Origin: Octopus bimaculoides
Taxonomy: Eukaryota
Length of the DNA stretch: 64,000 nucleotides
Direction: 5' to 3'
Assembly: GCF_001194135.2 (NCBI RefSeq)
Contig: NC_068981.1
Location: 16,007,196-16,071,195, forward strand
Part shown: piece by piece, positions 1-14,021 of the stretch
Layout of the letters: each line of letters starts with the position of its first letter
Numbering within the stretch: the stretch's first letter is position 1
Program-made: the position numbers and the translations under genes
The notes under the pieces: generated by a model
Told to the model about the DNA's origin: nothing
Database searches by the model: none
What the model saw: only the letters and a program-made list of their open reading frames with translations

Positions 1-20
1 TATATATATACATATATTCT

Positions 21-350
21 CTTTCCTTGGCACTTCGTCGGTTACGATGATGAGCGTTCCAGTTGATCCGATCGATGAACGAAATTGCTTGTTCGCTCGT
101 CAGATTAACGTGCAAGTGGCTGAGCACTTCACAGACAGGCGAATCTCTTCACATTCTTCACAGGGAGATTCAGCGTGACACAGAGTGTGACGAGGCAGGC
201 CCCTTGAAATACAGCATTTTCGCCAGCTTAGGGGAATAGAGTAGCGTTAATTATACCGTCTTGCTCAAGGACACAATGCGCCGCGAGGAATCGAACTCAC
301 GACCCTAAGACCGCGAACCGAACACCCTAACCATTAAGCCACGCGCCTTC
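21..350 (-). mobile_element. tRNA-derived SINE, near full length (Pol III A/B boxes plus a CORE/Meta/V-like central domain)
   Basis: Minus strand starts gaaggcgcgTGGCTTAATGGttagggtg. A box is at 331-341 and B box GTTCGATTC at 288-296, followed by tgtgtccttgagcaagac, typical of conserved SINE central domains. The exact superfamily cannot be decided by eye. Confidence 0.8.
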
Positions 351-580
351 ATGTATGTATACATACACACATATGTTTTTATTTTATATATATGTATTAT
401 GTATATATATATATATATATATATACGTATACATATGTATATATATACAAACATGCTCACGCATGCACACAAATACATGCACGTACGTACGCACACATAC
501 ACATGCACACACATATATATATATACATACATACGTACGTATGTACGTACATACATACATACATACATACATACATTTAC
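351..580. repeat. compound (TA)n/(CA)n/(TACA)n microsatellite
   Basis: Visible directly; it explains the YIYI/HTHT ORFs. Confidence 0.95.
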
Positions 581-2743
581 TCTGCAGCCAATGCAGACAT
601 TACAATAAATTTGACACTACTCTGAGCAATGAATCTCTCCATCACTACAACTTTTATATTTTCGCAGTAGTTTCAAATTAATAACCTTAATTCAACATAT
701 ATGTGTATGTGTTTGTGTGTATTTATGGTGAGATTTTATCGTTATTTCGTTATATAACTGTTATAGAATATATACAAATATATATTGATCATAGTGCACG
801 CATTATCTCCTGTAAATTGAATACGTAGGATATAGTGGCTAGATATGTTTATTATATGAGAAAATGAAAATCACATCTGAGTTCCCCTGCGCATCTCAAT
901 ATGTAGCTAATTCCTAGTATTGGCTTTTGTTAACCATCATTATAACTATGATAATATTACTGTGTACACATACGCATACATACAGGAATGTGAAGTCATC
1001 AGTCTATTAGTACGATTATCTATATTGATAAATGCAAATTTTCTATACGCGTGTCGGCATGGCTTATAGACAAGGGAGTAAAGGCCCGCACAGACGCTTT
1101 AACAATAAGAATGCAGTGCATAAATATGTGCATATAATTATACTTGTAAATGTGAATATCTGTCCGTCTCTCTGCATAGCTTTCAACAAATGGTACATAT
1201 TTAGAAACATGGTAACCCAGATATGTATGTATATTACTGTGGTCTACCGACCTGCAGCACAATTTCTGACCACCCTATGATGCCTTAGTGCTTATGACCA
1301 GCAGATTCCAAAGTAATAAGTGTACAGAGCAAAGAAAATAAATTTTAGTCGAAAAATTATGCTTAAACTATTCACAATGTGGATGACAATGAGAATAAGA
1401 AGCATATTAAAAACATATTTATCTATTAGATATGTATCAATATAAATACGCTTCATATTGGATACTTCATATCAGACAATTCTGTAAAGCACAATTTTGT
1501 TGTTGGTAATATCATTTCCCTCGAAACTAAATCCATTCCCATAAAAGTTAATTGGTTTCCTTATACTGAGTCCGAATATAAATGTTTTTATTTTTCATCA
1601 TCGGCCCAACTGAATTTTTCTTACAAATAGATTTTAAGAACAAACAACATTTTGTGAACGGTTAAAATTATGTCTAAATATACTCGATGATAAGAATAGT
1701 GAAACGTGGCAAAGCAAGATGCGAAGTGAGATGAGACCATATATTTAAAAAAACCACCTCAAACGCCATAAAAGCAAGCCCCTAAGGAAAATATTCAGTA
1801 CATTGTTAGCACGACAGGTGACGAAATATATATGAATATTTAGGAATATAACAACATACTTTAGTCATGTATACATATATACATATAAAATTAGATATGT
1901 TTCGACGAAAGATTGGTCCAGGCCATGTCTAATTTAATACACCACTTGATAGGATTATCTAAATCCTTTTCAAGTCAAGTTTTGTGGTACCATGGTTCAT
2001 TCAAGTAGGGAGTTATTGTTGAGTCAGCTATAGGTGGCTTATCTGGTATTCCTTGAAAAAATTTGGCCAGATTCCGTTTAGAGGTGATGAGATATATGCG
2101 AGTAAGTGAAGAAACTGAAGAGAAAAAGGCACTCAACACATTTTGAAGAAGTAATATACATTGTGTAAATGACTTTGATTCGTCTCACTGCCAGGTTTCT
2201 AAGACGAGCCTACGAAATTTAGTTGCATGAGGCCGAACCGAATTGTGATTGTATATACATACATACTTACATACATACATATGATATTGTATGATATAAT
2301 ATAATTCAATGATGTATATACTCTTTTTCGTCGAAAATAAGTACCCACTACTATAACAGCTTGTGATTCAAGGTCCACATTTATTCAACATTTTGCTAAA
2401 CAGTCTCGGAGATATGCGAATAACCTGAGAAGAAATTTTTTTTACCCCAGATACCGTATGAACCCACATTGCAGCGAGCGGCACAAACAGGAGCAGTTCC
2501 TTCCAACTCGCTATCTCACCAGAAACAACAGAGAAAAGGAACCCAAGCGCACTGAGACGATGAAACTCCCCCAAAATAAAGCAATACACACACACATGTA
2601 TGTATATATATATATATATNNNNNNNNNNNNNNNNNNNNNNNNNNNNNNNNNNNNNNNNNNNNNNNNNNNNNNNNNNNNNNNNNNNNNNNNNNNNNNNNN
2701 NNNNNNNNNNNNNNNNNNNNNNNNNNNNNNNNNNNNNNNNNNN

Positions 2744-2792
<49 letters not shown>

Positions 2793-2794
<2 letters not shown>

Positions 2795-3110
2795 TAGGGT
2801 AACCCCCTTCCGTCATGACTGACCATGGGATTGCACCTTCAAAGTTATCCTCCGAGGCACAAATCTGGGCAAGGTTGTTTATAATGTGACCAGCAGTCAC
2901 CTATATATACCATCTTCCACTCTACATGCCACCAATGTTTTCCAAGCAAGGGCAAAGGCCTATACAGTTTGGCACCAGTGACATCACAACTCATTTCTAC
3001 AGCTGAGTGAACTGGAGCAACGTGAAATAGTCTTGCACAAGAGCACAACACGAGGCCCGGTCCGGGAATCAAACTCACGACCTCATGATCGTAAGTTCGA
3101 CGCTCTAACC
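2793..3110 (-). mobile_element. tRNA-derived SINE, 5'-truncated, with a different 3' tail from the 21-350 copy
   Basis: Minus strand ggttagagcgtcgaac...gtgagtttgattcccggacc (B-box variant), then tgctcttgtgcaagac...ttgctccagttcactcagctgtagaaatgag central domain. Confidence 0.75.
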
Positions 3111-3846
3111 TGTACACACACACATATATATAAGTATATGTGTGCATATGTAAGTATATGTAGTGCTATCAAGACGTCATATTTAACAATCGTACACCAT
3201 TTTGTTTTAGTTACAACATATCATTTTTATTTACTATTTACGTTACTACCATTGTATATTAAATAAATTTGGTTCCTTTTTCGACCACTGTTTATTTAAT
3301 AATAGCATTTAACTGGCTAGTATTTATGTTCGTTATTCAAACTTTATGTTCTTATTCTCAGGATATGAAGTTTTTTGAAAAATACATGGCGACGTACATT
3401 ATTGTAATCCGTTTTAACTAGACTAAAGTGACTCGGACGTCATCGGAAAATAATAGAGATTTCAATGGAAAATGTTTAATGCTGACTACATCAGATTTGA
3501 CTGAAGATACTATGTCTCTCCGTGTCTCAGTGTGCGCGAAGTCGTATATGTATTTGTTTGTTCGCCTGTGCATACATGTACATTTATATATATGTGTGTG
3601 TGCGTGCGTGTATGTATGTATGTATGTATGTATGTATATGAATTGGTGCGTTTGTGTGTAGAATGCGTACATATACATGTGCACCTTTAATTATATAAAC
3701 ATACATATACTTAAATATATTAGTTTTCTCGAGTGACTTTAAATTAATAGATGTGAACGCAATACATACATTTATACATACACACACACACATAAACATG
3801 CAGACATACCATACATATGTATGTGTGTGTGTGTGTGTGTGTATGT

Positions 3847-3878
<32 letters not shown>

Positions 3879-5479
3879 GCATGTGTTTGTGTGTGTGGGG
3901 GGGGGGGGCGGTTCTACTATTGTTCTGGCTATGCGATAAGATGGTGAAATCAACAAAAACTACTCCGTCTGGTGAGTGCTTTCTCGTGCTACTATTAGTT
4001 TTACGCGATGAAAGCATGTCAGTGAGCAGTGCCTGGATATATATATATATATACATATATATATATGTATGTATGTATGTATGTAGGTATGTATGTATGC
4101 ATGTATATACACATAGTGTGTGTGTATGTATATAAGTATTCTCGTGTGTGAGTGTATGTCTATATGTATGTTTATACTATGAAAGGCAGAAAGAGACTAT
4201 CAGAAACAGTGTTTATGTAAGCTTACTAAGCATATGTACCATTCGAGTTACTGAACTTTCATCACATCAGATCCAAACCAAATTTCTATCGTCAGGCTCA
4301 AAGTGACTAGGTAACACAATTGGTTCTTTGATATCGCTTAACACAATGACTTATATATATATATATGTAAATATATATATATATATTCACTCACATATAC
4401 AGGTATATTGATGCCATTCACTGTGTTTACGTAAGATTTTTAGTCACATGACACCATAATATCATGCAGTTAAATATTATACATTGATAACATTACATAT
4501 TATCTATGCTGTAGATGCCAATCATAGTCATATTTTCCTAAAAGCATTGTTATATTAGCAATAAGAAATAATTTTAAATGGACCGTAATTAAAATTATTT
4601 CCCATACAACTTAAGAATGTAAATCAATAAAAAGTTTAAACCTGAAATCAAGTTATTTAGCTAATACTAATTAAAAAAGAAAAAAATTGCCTCTCGACTA
4701 ATTAAATCTGTTTCAATGTAGTAATTTTAGTTGAAAAAATATTGCAGCGAATTTCCTTCACATAAAACGTTTCTAAACTTTATAAACCCCATTGTATAAG
4801 AAGTACTAGGTGCTCGCTCAGTGACTAAGCTACAAGATGCTAACAGTTGCTACATCGTTTATCATAAACGTTTTTTTTTTGAGGGGGGGGTGTATTTAGC
4901 GCTTTTCAACCACAAATAACTGTAAACTCTAAACGGCAGTATCAGATATAGCTTCTCAAAGTCAATGACAAATACTGTACATTATAGCTGTTTTTGGTGA
5001 TGACGTGAGGGAACAAGATACAGCAGTCTCGTGGAGTTCGTACGCATCGATGAAAATTAAATAATTAAAGTAAAGTTTTTAGTCTATTTTAAATCATATA
5101 TACCCTAGGGACTAGGCAAAATTTGGAAAAATACTTAAGTGTTGTAAATTGACGTTGCAGATAAAATAGACACGAAACGAATTATCATAAGCGTTGCAAC
5201 TGCTCGCAAATTCGCTCGTTGTCAAAACATTGCTACATTGTAGTGATATCTTCAGCAGCTATTTTTCCAATTACAGCAGACTAAGCTGCCGCTCACATCC
5301 ATCATGAGGGCCTCCGTGTTGATTCCCCGACCAAGCAATGCAGGCTTTTTTCCTTTCTTGTGGTTACAATGAAAACGATTGTATGTTGGATAAAACTGTA
5401 AGTGATTTTTTTTTAATAATGCCCACTTTTTGAACGATCTGCATAAGCGGTGCTGTGAGACAGACTATGAAAGAAAGTT

Positions 5480-5740
5480 CATTTTGCTGGTTGTCTTTTG
5501 TTTGCTGTAATGCTTTGTTTCTGGCATCCATATCCCGAGAGCTCAAGCGTATTTCATGTGTGATCGTCTCTCTTTGGTTTCTTTCTTTTCTAGAATTTTA
5601 TGAGATTTCGTGTGCTGAATTCTGTTATGATACTATCATTGATTGTGGTGGGTTCTCTAATTATACCTGCAGTGAGCTGATATGCGTATTCCCTCTGTGT
5701 TCTTTATATGATTATTTTATTTCAACTTATTGAATCTTGA
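5480..5740 (-). mobile_element. possible decayed Penelope-like GIY-YIG C-terminal remnant
   Basis: Minus-strand translation ...SHKILEKKETKERRSHMKYA*ALGIW loosely resembles the end of PLE GIY-YIG domains. Judged by eye only. Confidence 0.25.
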
Positions 5741-6247
5741 TATCGGTTCATTTTCTGTACATTCACTAGTTTCATTCCAATTATATTTTTCCCCATTTCT
5801 TCCTGTAGTGGATATATTGCTGGTGTGTCGTATGATTGTACCATTTCAGTATAGTATTCACTGATCGTTCGTTCTCTGTTAATCTTGAGTATAGTTTAGG
5901 CAGAAAATATATGAGCCCAGCCTTTTGACTGTGAATCAATTTAAGAGAGGATACTTTTCCTGAAACGCATGTTTCAATATTTACGCATTGTAACCTCAAC
6001 AAATTCACATTATGTTTATTATCCAAACGCATTCATTCAAATATTTTTGCTCCCGTTTTAAACATTTATGAACACTCTTCATTTCATTTTGAATTGTGTT
6101 AGTTATATTTCGAGCTCGTATTGTTTCACTTTTTCCGTTGAAGTGTTCGTTTGTTTTATTCGTATTCAAAAGTTCGTTTAGATTACCTTGTCTCGATTTT
6201 TATTATTATTATTATTATTAATATTAATATTATTAATATTATTATTA

Positions 6248-6278
<31 letters not shown>

Positions 6279-6292
6279 TATTATTATTATTT

Positions 6293-6417
6293 TATGTTTG
6301 ACTTTTGTTTTGCATTTGTACAAGTTGGATCCAAGTCTCACCCAGAGACCTCATGAGACAACAAGTTAGAAGTTTATGCAGGTGTTATGCCTAGGGTACC
6401 ATATATTTGGATTTGTA

Positions 6418-6419
<2 letters not shown>
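6293..6419 (-). mobile_element. R4/Dong 3'-UTR stub (subfamily B), flanked by (ATT)n on both sides
   Basis: Matches the reverse complement of about 22865-22991 (3' end of the plus-strand R4 copy) and 38822-38950. Confidence 0.85.
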
Positions 6420-6472
<53 letters not shown>

Positions 6473-6836
6473 GAGAGAGTAGTACGTGAAACGGATAAAA
6501 TATACAAAGCCCAGTATACACTTCATGACCACCTGTCTGATAAGGGTACGCCAGGCACATGCATCACAATCATATGTGCGCGACATGGTGATCTCATATC
6601 AAGATAAACAGCGCATGACCTTACAGATGGTGGCCCAGTTGGAATTTTTTTCAGGTCCAGTAGCCTTTCCCGCTAAAAATGTCCGTGAATAAGGATGTTG
6701 AACAAAACACCCATGTTTCCAGAGGTGAATTATCCAACCCCAAAAGTATTCCTCTCAACAGATGGCTATGATGCTCCCCGACTACATCTTCTCGTGATCA
6801 GAAATGCACATATCGTCAGCCACTAAGGGTCATATG
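6473..6836 (-). mobile_element. ~550-bp (TAA)n-associated non-coding element, partial copy
   Basis: Clear similarity to 26095-26625, 31768-32307 and 32393-32946 (shared gacatggtgatctcatatcaagata..cagcg). It abuts an (ATT)n tract. Confidence 0.85.
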
Positions 6837-6844
6837 TGGCAAAT

Positions 6845-7020
6845 TATTTAGCTGCATCTCGTTCGTCTTTACTTTCTGAGTTCAAATTCCACCGAGGTCG
6901 TCTTTGCCTCTGATCTTTTCGGGATCGATATATTAAGTATCAGTTACGCACTGGGGTCGATGTAATCAAATAGCCCCCTCCCCCAAAATTTCAGGCCTTG
7001 TACTTATGGTAGAAGGGATT
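6845..7020 (+). mobile_element. Nin/Deu-domain tRNA-derived SINE
   Basis: gagttcaaattccaccgaggtcgtctttgcc...gatatattaagtatcagttacgcactggggtcgatgtaatc...ccccaaaatttcaggccttg; same family as 54794-55222. Confidence 0.8.
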
Positions 7021-7188
7021 TTTATTATTCTTATCATCATCATCATCCTTATATCTCTGAGCTCCCAGAATCGCTTACAGCATTTCGTTCATCCTTACGT
7101 TCTAGGGTCAATAAATAACACTGAAGGAGTGTGGTCGATGTAATCGCCTTGTACCCCATGAAATTATTATCATTATTATTATTATTGT

Positions 7189-7550
7189 TCAGTAGTTTTA
7201 TTTTTATAACGTGCTTTCACTCCACTACCGAGCGCAGCTCTGTGCGCCTTGGGTATGTGCTGTGGTTTGCTGTGGTGCTCTTATGTTTACTGTATTGAAA
7301 GTGTTTTACGTAGAATGTGTGCAGTACACAGTAGTGCAATTTTCTGTATGTTATATATATTTGTAAGTCCTGGTGTTTTTGTTATGTATTTGTCTGAATA
7401 TTTTTTTATTATACCTAAGGCACCTACTATGATAGGAATTGTTTCTGTTTTTAGACTCCACATTCGAGTTATCTCTATTTCCAGGTCTTTGTATTTTGAA
7501 AGTTTTTCCATTTCTTTTAGAGAAACGTTGTCATCTGCTGGTATTGATAC
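7189..7550 (-). mobile_element. R4/Dong non-LTR retrotransposon, young 5'-truncated 3' end (subfamily A; RLE C-terminus plus 3' UTR)
   Basis: ORF 7287-7640(-) contains KYKDLEIEITRMWSLKTETIPIIVGALG...QKIALLCTAHILRKTL, the RLE C-terminus. The element ends in an (AAT)n tail. Confidence 0.9.
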
Positions 7551-8051
7551 AATTATTATTATTATTACTATCATTATCATCATCCTCAACATCGTCAACA
7601 TTCGGGAGCTTGCTTTTGAGAATTCAGTACAGACAGACAATGCAGAGTAATCATAGTCCGGAAATTCCTTTGTGTGACCAATAAGTAGAGGGATTCTGCG
7701 GTAAAGGAAGACATACCCTTAGGTATAACAAGTTGAAGCAATCACTATAATACCTCGAGCTTATTCTAACAGTTTGAGAATGTCATTGCCTAGATCGATC
7801 TGAGAGGTGTAAAATGTGTCATTACGCATCTAAAGAATTTGGGTTGCAGAAACAGAACATGGAAAGAATTATGTCCTACAATGAATAGACACATTTCTCC
7901 AATCCCAGGCAAAATGAAATTATCATTGTCCCCATTGACACATCATAGAAAAAAATCCCTACCTGCACTCAAATTACAGTCATCAATCGCAAATACATGC
8001 AGCTTCTTTTATATTTTAATCCTTTCCTTCAAACACAAACAATCCTACCTC

Positions 8052-8052
<1 letters not shown>

Positions 8053-8118
<66 letters not shown>

Positions 8119-8215
8119 CAGCAGTAGTAGTAGTAGCATTAGTAGTTGTAGTATTAGGACGAGGAGGAGGAGAAGGAGGAGGAGGAGGAGGAGGAGGAGT
8201 AGAAGCGAGGAGGAA
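8053..8215. repeat. (AGT)n then (GGA)n trinucleotide microsatellites
   Basis: Visible directly. Confidence 0.95.
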
Positions 8216-9354
8216 GTGCAACAAGAAGAGGAAAAATATCAAGCATTATTAGTTATACACTTAAGGCAGTCAATAACAGCACTTTTAGTGCAAAGGACAA
8301 AATGCTTTGTGCTGTTTGCCTTTGTTCCCGAATGATCTATAAGAAGTTAACTTTTTACGTAAAAAAATCTTGAAAAATCTGTATTAAAAAGAAACGTGAT
8401 AATATAATTTATAAATAGTTTTGATTCAATATTTTGTTAAAAGTATTCCCCATAACTGAGGTATATATATTGTTCTTTTCAACACGATTAGTTTTTTCAC
8501 AGAAATTCTGATTTATATAACTGTTGAAATTTAATATATATCTGCATTGATTAATGAGTAATTTTAAACTAACATTTTCACTATCTTATAAGCGTTTCCA
8601 ATTCTCTATCCCAATAATAAATATAAATATGAAACCAGTAATAATTTTAAAATATAGATTTTAAATTAAAGAAAGTGGAAAGAAACTGCTAAATATTCTC
8701 ACTAGAATGCGCTTTTCATTACGAGTCACTGAAATGTATACAAACCCGTTGAGACAATACAAATGACGAAAGAAGAAATTATAACTCGAAGAAACGCTAA
8801 TATATTGGGTTAGAAAATATCAGTGATTGGTAAGTATACAGTCATTATCGGTAAAATCTAATTCCAATAACGCTGGGGAAATCAACATTTAAGTCACTGT
8901 CATTATATCTAAAACACAAAATATGGTATACTGACGATAACATATTTCGTACTGATAGCTTTCTCAAACACATTTGCTGTAGTAAAGTGAAGTTTGAAAG
9001 ATACTTAAGGACTGTGAATGTAGAAGGATATGAAATAAAATCAAAACCTCATATTACTATTTAGCAACAAGGTTAATACGTTCCATCAGTGTCCTAGGGC
9101 CTTTTACGAAAAGAGTTAAATCATTTGTCTATATCATTTCCATACGCTGTTTCCTTTTCGAGTGGTTTTACAACATTTCACACAAGGTCATTTACGTGCC
9201 ATATTTTCTCATGAAATTAAAAGCTAGTCAAACTGTAACTGTATTGCATGTTATACAAAACCATCGATAACGAAATGTGAAGAAAATTGTATCTATACAT
9301 GTATGAATGCATATGTGTCTCTGTATATGAATATATACATAGATATATGCATGT

Positions 9355-9405
<51 letters not shown>

Positions 9406-9709
9406 NNNNNNNNNNNNNNNNNNNNNNNNNNNNNNNNNNNNNNNNNNNNNNNNNNNNNNNNNNNNNNNNNNNNNNNNNNNNNNNNNNNNNNNNNNNNNNN
9501 NNNNNNNNNNNNNNNNNNNNNNNNNNNNNNNNNNNNNNNNNNNNNNNNNNNNNNNNNNNNNNNNNNNNNNNNNNNNNNNNNNNNNNNNNNNNNNNNNNNN
9601 NNNNNNNNNNNNNNNNNNNNNNNNNNNNNNNNNNNNNNNNNNNNNNNNNNNNNNNNNNNNNNNNNNNNNNNNNNNNNNNNNNNNNNNNNNNNNNNNNNNN
9701 NNNNNNNNN

Positions 9710-9745
<36 letters not shown>

Positions 9746-10019
9746 CCATAACATGCATTTGTTACCTTAAATGAAGTTTGTGAATGTAAAGTGGTCAGAA
9801 TGTAACCTACTCTCTGGAATCTCACATCATGGACATAGACGACCAGAATCTCTACTTGGTCTCAGGAAAATTCATGCCATGATAAACATCAATAGTACAC
9901 TCCGCAACAGGGGCCAAAGATATATTTTCTCGTTCCTTCACAAATAACATGAAACAGTCCTTAAGCTGAAGTTTACTAGCAGCAATTTTATCAGCATGAT
10001 ATAGTTCAGATGGCAATAA

Positions 10020-10399
10020 ATGATCAAAGGCTCATATTTATCCTAAACGTAACACTCTTACTTTATCCAGCCTTGGTAATCCAGAAACTTAACTGGGAAT
10101 TAATAAGAAATGGTATCTCGATAGAGAAGTGTATAACACTTTTCGAGCAAGTATTTCCATATAGAAAGTACGATATAATATATTTCTTCTCATGAAAAGG
10201 ACAACAAACACAAAACCACTATGCCTAGAGCAAGAAAAGTGCTCTTTATAGGAAGAATGAAGAACTGATGACACCTAAACGAATATATTATGAAGAGCGA
10301 GGAGGCCCACAAGGAAAGACAATTGTAAGGGTGGACATGAAACAAATTTCCACTCCTATATGGGAAGAATAGTTAGAAGAAAGAAGAATCAGATTTGTA

Positions 10400-10400
<1 letters not shown>
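10020..10400 (+). mobile_element. decayed RTE-type LINE 3' coding remnant
   Basis: Translations LNVTLLLYPA and EELMTPKRIYYEERGGPQGKTIVRVDMKQISTPIWEE resemble RTE post-RT motifs (TLLY..ETW; PK.I.Y.E...G.R..G.P). Heavily mutated. Confidence 0.35.
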
Positions 10401-10438
<38 letters not shown>

Positions 10439-12889
10439 GCTATATTACGTATGCTTATATATCCGTATATACACATATGTAACTAGCATACAATAATATG
10501 CATTCATACATTCATACATATAGAATTATATATATATGTTGGGAGCAGTAGTCTAACCAGCTGACTATAAATAAATAAATATATATATATATATATATAT
10601 ATANNNNNNNNNNNNNNNNNNNNNNNNNNNNNNNNNNNNNNNNNNNNNNNNNNNNNNNNNNNNNNNNNNNNNNNNNNNNNNNNNNNNNNNNNNNNNNNNN
10701 NNNNNNNNNNNNNNNNNNNNNNNNNNNNNNNNNNNNNNNNNNNNNNNNNNNNNNNNNNNNNNNNNNNNNNNNNNNNNNNNNNNNNNNNNNNNNNNNNNNN
10801 NNNNNNNNNNNNNNNNNNNNNNNNNNNNNNNNNNNNNNNNNNNNNNNNNNNNNNNNNNNNNNNNNNNNNNNNNNNNNNNNNNNNNNNNNNNNNNNNNNNN
10901 NNNNNNNNNNNNNNNNNNNNNNNNNNNNNNNNNNNNNNNNNNNNNNNNNNNNNNNNNNNNNNNNNNNNNNNNNNNNNNNNNNNNNNNNNNNNNNNNNNNN
11001 NNNNNNNNNNNNNNNNNNNNNNNNNNNNNNNNNNNNNNNNNNNNNNNNNNNNNNNNNNNNNNNNNNNNNNNNNNNNNNNNNNNNNNNNNNNNNNNNNNNN
11101 NNNNNNNNNNNNNNNNNNNNNNNNNNNNNNNNNNNNNNNNNNNNNNNNNNNNNNNNNNNNNNNNNNNNNNNNNNNNNTATATATATACACATACATATGT
11201 ACATACACACACATACGCGCACACACATATATATATTGATATATACAAACATAGATATATATATATATATGCATACATACATATATAGATATATATACAC
11301 ACACATCTACATACACACACATATATATATTCTAGCTTAGAAATGTTTACTGGTTAGTCCCACCCTATCTCTCGCGTTTTCTGTCGCTCTCAGTTACATT
11401 CTCTGTATTTTTCTTTTTTGTCTATATCCTTATCCTTTCTATCTCATGTACAACTGCTACCCATATATTCGGAACAGCCGATACAACGCTTCCGCTTTTG
11501 ATTCTCTCCGTCTCACACCATGCCTGAATTTAAAATTTGTCCAATCCTCAATCCTAAGACCCACATTCCTATGGAATTTGAATTCTCCTGTGTACATCAA
11601 CCTATAGTCATTCAAATATTAAGACCCTTTAAATTTATGAGCAACTTTTCTTATTTTTCTGGCTTTAAGAAAAGAGTGCCAAGCTATGAAGCTTTGACTT
11701 CTATTTAGCATTGTTGATTATTTCCCCTATAAATTAAGAAACTGCATGATAAAACTCCTAAACGTGTTATTTTTCAATTTACACAGAAACTTCATTCATG
11801 AAATATAAGAATTGTCTTGTACAAAATTACTGAAAATGCAGTTATCTGAAAGCCTGTTATTTACAGGTCAATATGAGACAACGTTCAAGAAGTTGCGTTT
11901 TTAATTAAATATATCGTTTACAGAAGTGGCCATTACAAATCAAGTTAATCCCCTTAATCTCTATAAATCTATGATTTATGGATTGCAGAAATTAAATTCC
12001 AATATATGAAGTGATTACGCCTCTAATACCATTAACATATGTTACAAAATCTAACCAACCTAAGCTAGCTTTTTTTCCTTCTCTTTCAGATTAGGTAACG
12101 GTCATATAATGTAGAACGTCGTCGACATATACAACTGTATCATGTGTTAATAAATGTGTATAAACAAACGGAAATCCTGGTTTATGCCTATAATGTGATT
12201 CGATCGATCAGATACTAGAAGAGTTTTTAAAATTCACAGTAAAATTAGTCATACCTAATTCCACTAGTTTTCACAGCCGATTAGTTTTCTTTTTTCTCTC
12301 TTTCTTTACAAATATCTAGCTTGCAAGTATTTATATTTTAATAACATATTTACTTTGCACGTAGGTAATCCTTTATGAACTAAATTATTTCTTCATGAAA
12401 TTATATATTCCACCGATAATAGAAATTGCTTTCAGCACTTATAATATTGGTTAAAGTTTAAAATATAATTTTAATTGCAGTCGCCTTCAGATATTTGGCA
12501 GTTCTAGAAAAGTAAAATTATAATTACTTTTTATAAACTTTAGCAAAATATGAATTGATTGAGTAGTAACAGCGCTGTGATTTGCGGGTTGCAGACGTAG
12601 ACGAGAAAATATAAATATGGTTCAGCAAAGAGAAGTTAAATGGGAAGCATACAAAATATGAGAGTTTAAATTAAATCTTGGCTAAAGCAGACACTTGGAA
12701 TATAAGGGGAAAAAAAGCCTCGTGCTCCGAAAAGTGTAGAGCTGGATATATTCCATTAGTATCAACGATGCCTGTCGCTGCTAGAGAGAATGACTCTGTT
12801 GGAAGGAGGCGATGTCATTGAGATCGACAGTTGACTGGGAGTAAAAGTCAAGCTTGGTGTATTATATATGAATATATATGCACGTATAA

Positions 12890-13070
12890 AGCGATGAGCT
12901 CGCAGAGTCGCTAGCATACCGTGATTAAGGACATTATGTTCGACTTTACGTTCAGAGTACAACTTCCGCCGAAGTCGTCTTTGCCTTTTATCCTTTCAGA
13001 GTCAATAATCGGCGTTAATGCAATCGACTTACCGCATCCCTGAAACTGTAGGCATTGTGTCAAAATTTAA
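12890..13070 (+). mobile_element. Nin/Deu-type SINE, degenerate
   Basis: gagctcgcagagtcgctagcatacc head, then aacttccgccgaagtcgtctttgccttttatcctttc and ctgaaactgtaggcattgtgtcaaaattt. Confidence 0.7.
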
Positions 13071-13138
13071 AGCCAATATATATGTGCGCATGTGCGTGTT
13101 TATTTGCATATGTATGTTTGTACATGAATAACTGTATA

Positions 13139-13371
13139 CAGTTTTGACCAAAAGTCACCTGACAGTAAATCAAAACTTTAATTCCAAAATTTACGTTTAA
13201 CAACTGAATGAGACTTCGCTAATAAATAGACAAATATTGAAAGAAAAAACGGTGATTTTAACTCACAGCATTCAATTATTAAACATTCATAATTGAAATG
13301 AATAAATAAAATTGAATATTAAATATTTACGGAATTTTGATTTACTGCCAGGTGACTTTTGGCCAACCTTG
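13139..13371. mobile_element. Tc1/mariner-type MITE with ~40-bp imperfect TIRs and TA TSD
   Basis: Left: TA|cagttttgaccaaaagtcacctgacagtaaatcaaaact. Right, reverse-complemented: TA|caaggttggccaaaagtcacctggcagtaaatcaaaatt. Confidence 0.85.
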
Positions 13372-14021
13372 TATATATGCGTGTGTGTGTATCCCTATTC
13401 TTTCTGTATTTTGCTACTTTTGCAACTATTTTAACGTAATTAAATTCCAGATGTACTAATCAAGTCTTACATTCCCTTGCAGAAACTGAGTAAAATATCA
13501 CATTGAATGTAATATATGCCAAACCTTCAGTTTGGCATATGTTATTTACCTCAAGTGAAATGAAAAGTCTTAAAATAGGAATTGTTACTAATCAAAAATG
13601 TTGATGTGAGAAAACTTAGTAATCTTTTACTCTTCTATTTTTTTTAGAATGCGTATCAATTGCTTCTGTTTATTGGATTGATCTTTAAGTTTCTTAGAAA
13701 TGATCATAAAATTTAATAGTATTCCAAGGCAGGATAAGAAAAAAAATTACTAACATCAATGACACTCACTCCAAGATTAAATAGTACTTTCAAAAGTGTC
13801 ATTCGTTCAAGTAAATAGTCGGAAAATTCTCTAGATTTAATGTCAAAAAATAGAGATACTTTAACATATGGACTTCACACAACTGCATGACCCCGGAATC
13901 GATAGCTTTTGCAGCAGCATGGGCAAATATCTTAAAGTTTTTCAACATATATTGGGGATGACTTATCAGTGGAAGTTAGTAGACGTGGAACAGTACACTA
14001 CGTAAGATATGCATATATATA

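Noticed and set aside
275-350. tRNA gene
   Set aside because: A and B boxes are present, but there is no convincing cloverleaf and the sequence continues into a SINE body.
3481-3494. 14-mer gctgactacatcag shared with 39227-39240
   Set aside because: A 14-nt match between two positions of a 64-kb window is expected by chance, and the flanks do not align.
5190-5260. Minus-strand CTGAAGA...GCGAAT as a hammerhead next to the putative PLE remnant
   Set aside because: No GAAA and no credible stems I or III.
7230-7250. Hairpin GCGCA-cagagc-TGCGC in the R4-A 3' UTR as an RT recognition stem
   Set aside because: Three of five copies carry a change that breaks a pair on the element's sense strand, and there is no compensatory covariation.
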